Assembly: GCA_964016885.1 (NCBI GenBank)
Contig: OZ024743.1
Span: 267,096,001-267,160,000 of the forward strand
Direction: 5' to 3'
DNA: 64,000 nucleotides
Source of the DNA: Eledone cirrhosa
Lineage: Eukaryota
Shown here: positions 55,545 through 64,000 of the stretch, in pieces
How the letters are laid out: each line of letters starts with the position of its first letter
How positions within the stretch are numbered: position 1 is the first letter of the stretch
Notes under the pieces: model-generated
Seen by the model: the letters and a program-made list of their open reading frames with translations, nothing else
What the model was told of the DNA's origin: nothing
Database searches by the model: none
Translations under genes and position numbers: made by a program

Positions 55545-56530
55545 ATGAGCGTTTCCAAGCAGCCAAATATGAACTTGAGGTTACTTAAAATAAAAATCTT
55601 ACTACTTATATAAACAAGAAAATCAACATCATATCAAACGCAGTACATAGGTCGTAAGAAAATATTTTGGACAATTGTCAATGAAATTACTGGTTGAAAG
55701 AATACACCAACCTACAAGATAAAAGCTAAGATGCCAAGAGAAGACACGCAAAGCTGGAAAAAAACTATTTTCAAAATCTTAGTCAAACACCTGTTTTAAT
55801 AACATATCACACAATTATTTACAGTACATTACCAATCGTTACTGAAAAATTCACAAAAGAAGAACTATTGAGCTCAGTTAAATACTTCAAAAGTGGAAAA
55901 GCACCCGGACTCGGTGGGAATCTAATCGAGATTCAAAAACCTGAAGCCTTAGTTGATGCACAACACGAAGTACGTAATAAAACCTTTCATGGACATAAGG
56001 CAAACATTTGGAGCAAAAGCGGTATAACTCCGCTTCCAAAAGAACGTGATGATAGTGATGTAAACATTTACCGTAGAATTAGTCTCACAATAATATTATC
56101 TAGACTATATAACAAAATGCTACTCTATAGACGTAAACGTCAATTAGAACCAATAATAGGCATGAACGAAAATGAATTTCGTTCAAATAGATCAAAGCTT
56201 TTATATGGAGCGGAGTGCTGGACACCCACAAAAGAGATATAAATGAGGTTTGAAGGCATATATACAAGTCTACTTAAGAATGTGTGAAATGTATCGTGGA
56301 GCGATCCCTGAGATACGAGTCCATAAACGTTGACCTGAGACCGGTTACAGATGTCATACATGCTAGATGTTTCGGTCTCATAGGTCACGTATGATGAAGA
56401 TAGGCATTACACCAGTTTCTGCATTCGGAACCTACACATGGTAGAAGAACAAGACTTTGGCCTCATGCTACTTTCCTGAAGAGGGTTTGTAGCGCCAGGA
56501 ATCTTACAGAGCCTAACTCACGAAGCCATG
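55545..56530 (+). pseudogene. RTE-like LINE reverse-transcriptase fragment
   Basis: KSGKAPGLGG..WSKSGITPLPKE.D..YRRISL..LYNKMLL..ENEFR, then a deletion to LLYGAECWT. Confidence 0.82.
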
Positions 56531-56580
56531 GCGGAGGAATATACTTATGTAAATATGTGTGTAAATAAATAAATAAATAA

Positions 56581-56645
<65 letters not shown>

Positions 56646-57362
56646 TATAATATAAAGAAACATGATCTAGTCCAATGTATATTTTAAGGTTTCACTATTC
56701 AGCGGTAGATTCTCACATTAAAAATATCGAGTACATAATAATAAAGAATAACATTCCTAAATCGTTGGTGTCATTTGTTAAGTGAAATGAGTGCATTGCT
56801 TGTAAGAATCGAAACAGAGGTCATCAATTTGCCTCACTGAGCTACTTGCTCTGTCCTGCTGATTGACACGCCCATAACATTTTTCATTTAAATTTATATA
56901 TAATTTTGTCTTCTTGATAATGATATATTGGCTAAGCACAGATTGATATACAAACGGCATCAACTGCCCCACCACAGAATATATTTGGTGTCAGCTGAAC
57001 CATAACCCTTCTACTATATTTCATACCGGCAATGAATCAAGTCATAGAGATCAATAAAACCCTCCTCACCAACCCCCAACATCAGGTGATTAATTTCTAA
57101 TTAGTGTAATATAGATTTGCTTCTTACAAATTATAGAAATTTTTTATGTATTTTCATTAATCTTTTTTTTTTTTTTTTTAAATTAGCTGCCAATCAAATA
57201 CAGTTATTGTTGTTTAAGTAAAGCGAATGAATGTGAATCTTGTTTTTAGTGATTTTGTTATAATTTTTGAGAACTTAAAGTAGTTCCGATAGATGTGAAC
57301 GATGATGCACATGATTTGTAAATCGAATGTAGAAGATGTGAATTCATCTCACCAGTTACGAA

Positions 57363-57469
<107 letters not shown>

Positions 57470-57545
57470 TTATATATGTACTTATAAATATATAGAGCTA
57501 TGGAGACACATTTATATTCATTTAAATGTAGTAATTCTTTAAGAC

Positions 57546-57614
<69 letters not shown>

Positions 57615-57789
57615 TTTAGCGAGGTTTTTTATATGAAATCGTGTGTCGAAACAGATATTGTTATACTTGGGGAGGGTCATATTTGCGTAATATTGCCAGA
57701 ATTAATAACAGAACACACTCACTGTTTGGTTGGTATTCGCTTCTCGCTGTCTTTTATATCTGCGATCTAACTTACTCGGTCCTCAATGA

Positions 57790-58785
57790 CTACCTGTATT
57801 AGACACAGAACTCTGGATTAACACTATAGACGAGAGAGCCCAAATTCTCCACTCACACTATGCTAAACCCATGGCCTCCAAATACCTGATACTCAAAAAC
57901 TCAGCAATGTCCAGTAGTGCTAAGTTTAATATTCTGATCGCAGATTTGGTACGAGTGATGAAGAATGTGTCCAACATGTGCGACCCAACAGAAATGGAAA
58001 GACACATCCAACACTTCATCAACCGCATGCAGTTCTCTGGCTACAACCAAAGAGACAGAGTCAGAGTATACGAAGGAGCCATGGAAAAGTATAAGACCCT
58101 CATAGAACTGGACATGAAAGGAATTTGCCCACTATACAGGAGCAAATCATGGAATAGCTTAGATAGGGCTAGACATAAGATAGGGAAGGCCACATCATGG
58201 TACAACAACCAGAAATATCAAAGTGTCATGTTTGTGGACGCCACCCCTGGAGGGAAATTAGCTAACCAGTGTAGAAAGGCCCTGAGAAAGACCCACTTAA
58301 AAATAAAGAAAAGCCAGGAAAAGCCAGGAACCACCATAAAATCCCTGATCAGCAAAACCTACCCTTTTAAGAAAACCCACTGTACCAATAGGAAATGTAT
58401 CATATGTAAGGTGAACCCCCGGATAAACTGTAAAACTAGAAACGTAGTCTATAGCATAAGATGTACAGAGGGTACTTGCAGAAACATGACAACAATATAC
58501 ATAGGTGAGACAGCTCGTAGCATAGGTGAAAGGATAGACCAACACTGAGGGGAACTAAAAGGACGAAAAAACGGGTAAGTACTATACGAACATGCTAGAC
58601 AACAACATGACGGTAACATAGACAACATAGAAATTAGAATAATATCTAAACATAGGAATGACCCAGCAGATAGGCAAATCAGAGAGGCCAGTGAAATAGA
58701 AATTAGAAGACCAAAGCTAAACAGAAAGAATGAGTGGAACAACAACAACACCCAAACAAACAACACTGACCTAAGAGAAGTATAA
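57790..58785 (+). pseudogene. PLE ORF 3' part: RT thumb, Zn linker and GIY-YIG endonuclease
   Basis: LPVLDTELW..HYAKPMAS..SGY..FVDATPGG..CTNRKCIIC..NCKTRNVVYSIRC..YIGETARSIGERIDQH* ..HARQQH..RQIREASEI..LNRKNEW. Two in-frame stops. Confidence 0.92.
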
Positions 58786-59072
58786 ATAAGTAAATAAAAT
58801 AAAATAAAATAAGATAAATAAATACATACACAAGCACAATAACAACAAGCACATAAACACACACTTGTCACCCAGCAGACACAACACTATACACACTAGT
58901 CACACAGCACACATAACACTATACACACACGCAAACGCATGCGCAAAGAAGACAAAATAAAATAAGATAAACAAACAAGCAAATAAATAAATAAATAAAT
59001 AAATATATAGACAGACTGAATAAAAAAAATGGCGTAGACATACAACACAACAGGAGGAACAAAGAATATAAC

Positions 59073-59122
59073 ACCACTGACGATGTTGCAGATGTGCAAC
59101 GAAAGATTTATGTAAATTATGT
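59073..59122 (+). ncRNA. Hammerhead in PLE 3' region, partly decayed
   Basis: acca-CTGACGA-t gttgca gatg tgcaac-GAAA-gattta tg taaatt-atgt. Stem I and cleavage site are imperfect. Confidence 0.6.
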
Positions 59123-59390
59123 AAACTATATATATGTGTTTGTGTCTATATTGTATCTGTATTATTTTTGACCGTCGGTCAGTCAATGGCAACATTGAGG
59201 ACCGAGTAAGTTAGATCGCAGATATAAAAGACAGCGAGAAGCGAAAACCAACCAAACAGTGAGTGTGTTCTGTTATTAATTCTGGCAATATTACGCAAAT
59301 ATGACCCTCCCCAAGTATAACAATATATATATATATATATATATATGGGTCATAAATAATTACATATATATATACGTATATACATTATAT

Positions 59391-59484
<94 letters not shown>

Positions 59485-59869
59485 GTGAATTTGTGGCTGC
59501 AGGTGTGTCAATACACAAACTGTTAAAACGTGAAAAGTGTAACTCAAATTATGAAAAAGAAAATGAAACATACAGGTGCATTCCGAAACGTATGCTTAAC
59601 AATATGCAAAATGTGTGTACACTGAAAATAGATACACTGTACAGTAAGATAAAAAATGTCATTGATAAAGCAGCTGGAGAATCTATTACTTATTTTATTT
59701 TACACTAAAAAACATTATATACGACAAAAAAAAAAGAACATTAAAAAAAATACCATATTTACGAAGGTACACTATACAATTACTGATTTCCCAAGCCCCA
59801 TCCTCCTTATTCCCACCCCTCCTATTGTTTGTGTCCCAATAGTACCCCGTAACACTCCTCCTCTCTATG

Positions 59870-61780
59870 TCTATCACAAAAAAACTCGCTTTTAATTCTC
59901 GTCTCTATCACAAAAAACTCGCTTTTAATTCTCGTCTCTGTATCTACTAAAATCAAAATCTCCCTATCTTTATATCTACCACGACAACACCTCTCTTACC
60001 CCCCTCTCTATATCTAACACCTAGACATTCACACCTCTATAAATATCTACACTAATTTCTCCCAATCCCCCTCTCTTAATCTACTAAACGGAATTCTCCC
60101 ATTATCCCTCTCTCTATTTCTAGAACCACCAAATACTGCCCCTGTGTATATCTAACATACAAATACAAAAAAACTTTCCCAATACCTCTCTTTGTATCAA
60201 TCATCTCCAAACACTCCAAACTCTCCCCCTCACCATCTCTACCACACTCTCTCGTAATTTTTCTCTCTCTATCCATCACAAACTCCCCCCTTATATCTTT
60301 TACGATAGTGTCTCATCCAGTGCTCCACTATAATATTAAGCAATACAATCTCTCCAATACCCCTCATTGTATCTACAACCATTGAAATCTAACCGCCTCG
60401 ATAACTAGTAGAGGACACTCTCTCTCCAAATCACCCTCAATTACCACCAAACTACTTCTTCTCTATATTTACCATACAGCACTCCCTCTCATTCCTCCCA
60501 CACTATCCATCACTACCAATTTGTCTCCCTCTCTATATTTATCAATAGTTATATCTATCAATACTCACATTCTATTCATTTCCACCAGACACTCCCCCTC
60601 TCTACATCAACCATACAACACTCACTCCCACACCCTCTCTATATCAATTATCCCCAAACTCTCCTCGTGTCTATATCTACTACACAGACCCCTCTTCCAA
60701 CACCCCTCTCTATACCAATTAACACCAAACTTTACCCCTCTATATATCCACTAGATGGAACTCCCTTCCAATCCCATTCTCTATATCAATAAACATCAAT
60801 CTCTCCCCCTCTTTATATCCAATATACAGCACACTCTCCCAAACCCCTCACTATATCAATTACTACGAAACTATGCCCTCTCTATATCTACCAAACAACA
60901 CTCTCGCTCATTCCCTCTCACTCTATTCATCATTACCAAACCCTCCCCTCTCTATATCTAACAATACCTATTTCTATCAATCCTCTCATTCTTTTTATTG
61001 CTACAGAAATCTCCCCTCTCTACATCAACCATACAACACTCTCTCCTAATTCGCCTCTCTATATAAATTAACACAAAACACTCCCCTATTTATATCTACT
61101 ACACGGAACCCTCTTCCATTCCCTCTCTATATATAAATGAACACCAAACTTTGCACCTCTCTCTATCTATTACATGGCACTCTCTTCCAATCCCCTCTAT
61201 ATATCAATTAATACCAAACTCTCCCCATCTCTAAATCTAATTCACGGAACTTTCTTCCAATCAATTTACACAAAACGCTCCCCTCTCACAATATTTACTA
61301 CACGGTGTTTTCTCCCAATCCCCTCTCTATATTAATTACCAACAATCTATCCCTCTCTCTATATCTACCATACAACATGCTCGCATTCCCTCTCACTCCA
61401 TCCATCACTACCACATTCTCACACTCACTATATCTAACAATACCTATCGCTATCAATCGACTCACTCTATTCATTACCACCAAACTCTCCCCCTCTCTAC
61501 ATCAACCATACAGCACTCTTTCGACAATCCCCCTCTCTATATCTTCTACACAGAACTATCTTTCAATACCCCTTTCTATATCAATCAACACCAAACTTTC
61601 CCCCTCTCTATATGAATTAGCACCAAACTATCCCATCTCTATATCTACTGCATGGTACTCTCCTCCAATCCCCCTCTCTATATCAATAAGCCCCAAACAC
61701 TCCCCCTCAATACACCTACCTCGCGGAACTCACTTCCCATCCCCCTCTCTAAATCTATATCTCCCATCTAATTCTACATG
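59870..61780. repeat. Degenerate C/T-rich minisatellite (~1.9 kb)
   Basis: Recurring ccccctctctatatctac / caccaaactct / caatccc motifs. + strand nearly devoid of G. Confidence 0.85.
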
Positions 61781-62093
61781 ACATGTACATAAATTGTAGC
61801 GCATATAGAAATAGATGAGTGTTTTATTAGTTTGAGGAGAAACATATAATACCCCCCCCCCCCAGTTCCGCGCCCCTGCACTTCTAATGACATATGAAAT
61901 ACTGTGGCTTATTTACTTTAACACTATACAGACAGGGGTGGGGGTTGATTCTCGGAGTGAGAAAGCGTGACATATATATATATATATATATAAGTAGAAG
62001 GGATATTTATTTTGTTGGAAATTCAACAAATATAAATGTTTAAGAAAATTCAATGTTTCCTTGGCTATGTCAGAATTTATAAAACACACGTTG

Positions 62094-62155
62094 TATTTTA
62101 TCTGATGAAAGCGTACCAAAGTTTTTGGTACCCTTGCATTATATATAATAGAATA
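62094..62155 (+). ncRNA. Hammerhead family C, core mutated (GAAA->GCAT)
   Basis: tattttat-CTGATGA-aagcgtaccaaa gtt tttggtaccctt-GCAT-tatata-TA-atagaata. Confidence 0.55.
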
Positions 62156-62547
62156 CATATGGTTTTATAAATATAGTTTCCATTTATTTAATATCATTGT
62201 ATATATATGTATATATATATATATTTACATACGCCAAAACAACCATAGATATTTCCAAACTGACACACACACATACACACACACACACATACACACACAC
62301 ATACACACACACACATACACACACACACGCACACAAATATATATATATATAAATATATATATCTATATATATAAATTTGTATATCTGTAGGTTAATTACC
62401 GACACTTCAGCGTGCAGGGTAGAGCACACAACTAAGTGCGCAGATGAGTCTATTTACTACGGAGTAATTATATGCGCATACATATACGGATATATGTAAA
62501 TACATACATATATATATATACATATATATATGTAGATATATATATGT

Positions 62548-62611
<64 letters not shown>

Positions 62612-62618
<7 letters not shown>

Positions 62619-63512
62619 GAAACACACAGATACATGCGGACACACACATATATACATGAATGCATCCGCACCCAACTGTGAGTTAAGGGTGCAAACTTCA
62701 CCGATGTTGCTCAATGAATGACCGGGACAGACCAATTCAGTTTGAACCAGACTGAACCAGTATCAGAGTTAAAAATACATTACGAAGAGAGAAGAAACAT
62801 TTAGATATAATTAGTAATAAAATGTATCATACCTACGTAGTCGAGGAATTTAGGAACAGATTAGGTATGATACATTTTACTACTAATTATATCTAAATGT
62901 TTCTTCTCTCTTCATAATGTATTTTTAACTCTGATACTGGTTCAGTCTGGTTCAAACTGAATTGGTCTGTCCCGGTCATTCATTGAGCAACATCGGTGAA
63001 GTTGGCACCCTTAACTCACAGTTGGGTGCGGATGCATTCATGTATATATGTGTGTGTCCGCATGTATCTGTGTGTTTCTAAATATATTAATAACTCCCTC
63101 TGGTCGAGCAATCTTTGAAGTGTGGGGACAACTGGAAAGCTTCCATTACTCATACTTCTCGCCTTCTTCACTACCTCTTCTACGGCCTCGATATGAATAC
63201 CCCCTCCGCCTCCGTGGTATTTTCTTCGTGGTTATAAGAGGCTTAGCTCTGTTTCTCGACCGTTATATCGCGTGACTATCTCCCCCTCCGCCTTTTGGGA
63301 TTCTTTCTCACGTCATGTAGACGCGTTCTTGAGACTAGTAAAATGAGGTATCCTCTTGATAAGTCGGCAGACCTCGCAAGGACTCTATATCTTTGATATA
63401 TTGTTTTTGTTTATGCCACGAAACTACGTAGTCGAGGAATTTAGGAACAGTTTAGGTATGATACATTTTATTACTAATTATATCTAAATGTTTCTTCTCT
63501 CTTCATAATGTA
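62612..63512. mobile_element. Family I: ~220 bp inverted arm plus a 591-bp tandem unit bounded by HHR sequence
   Basis: 62612-62835 is inverted relative to 62862-63086. ctacgtagtcgaggaatttagg recurs at 62833 and 63424. Confidence 0.88.
63351..63438 (+). ncRNA. Hammerhead ribozyme with U3-A8 core variant and long stem II
   Basis: tcctc-TTGATAA-gt c ggca...tgcc ac-GAAA-ctacgtag-TC-gagga. Confidence 0.78.
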
Positions 63513-63769
63513 TATATATATATATATATGCATATATGTATGTGTGTATGCATGTATGTATCTATGTGTGTGACTATGTGTCTGTCTGATGATCCTACGA
63601 GACCACAGGTGAAATTCCAAAGTAACATAAACCACCACTGTCTATATAATTCTCTTGTTTTACTACTTCTCTCCTTTTTAATTTTTTTTTACCTTTACTA
63701 AATCCTCGCGCATTGGACTGTCCGACCTTCTGTTCGATTTTTCATTGACTTTCTTCTGTGCGCTCCCTA

Positions 63770-63860
<91 letters not shown>

Positions 63861-63878
63861 CAATATATTTATAAAACC

Positions 63879-63939
<61 letters not shown>

Positions 63940-63942
63940 ATA

Positions 63943-64000
<58 letters not shown>

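Larger units (their letters stand above)
57612..59325 (+). mobile_element. 5'-truncated Penelope-like element with inverted terminal segments
   Basis: 57654-57788 is the reverse complement of 59193-59327. PLE ORF lies between them. (TA)n on both sides. Confidence 0.9.

Overview
This is an AT-rich, microsatellite-dense eukaryotic window with no supportable host protein-coding gene. The repeat style suggests an octopus/cephalopod genome, but that is inference only. Almost all listed ORFs are microsatellite artefacts. Real content is decayed mobile DNA: a DD37D (maT-type) and a DD34D mariner transposase pseudogene, a ~5 kb internally deleted L1/Tx1-like LINE sitting in an (ATT)n tract plus a second deleted relative, RTE-like LINE fragments, a non-autonomous Helitron, about 12 tRNA-type SINE copies, and four Penelope-like (PLE) GIY-YIG fragments. 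The most striking signal is invisible in the ORF track. Reading by eye gives about 26 type I hammerhead-ribozyme (HHR) motifs in about 10 unrelated sequence families. They sit in PLE 3' ends/pseudo-LTRs and in non-coding 320-590 bp tandem or inverted repeat units (retrozyme-like) embedded in (TA)n tracts. They include palindromic stem III (dimer-type) designs, long inserted stem II designs, a compensatory U3-A8 core variant and a family with an A4 core variant. All folds are manual and coordinates of decayed elements are approximate.
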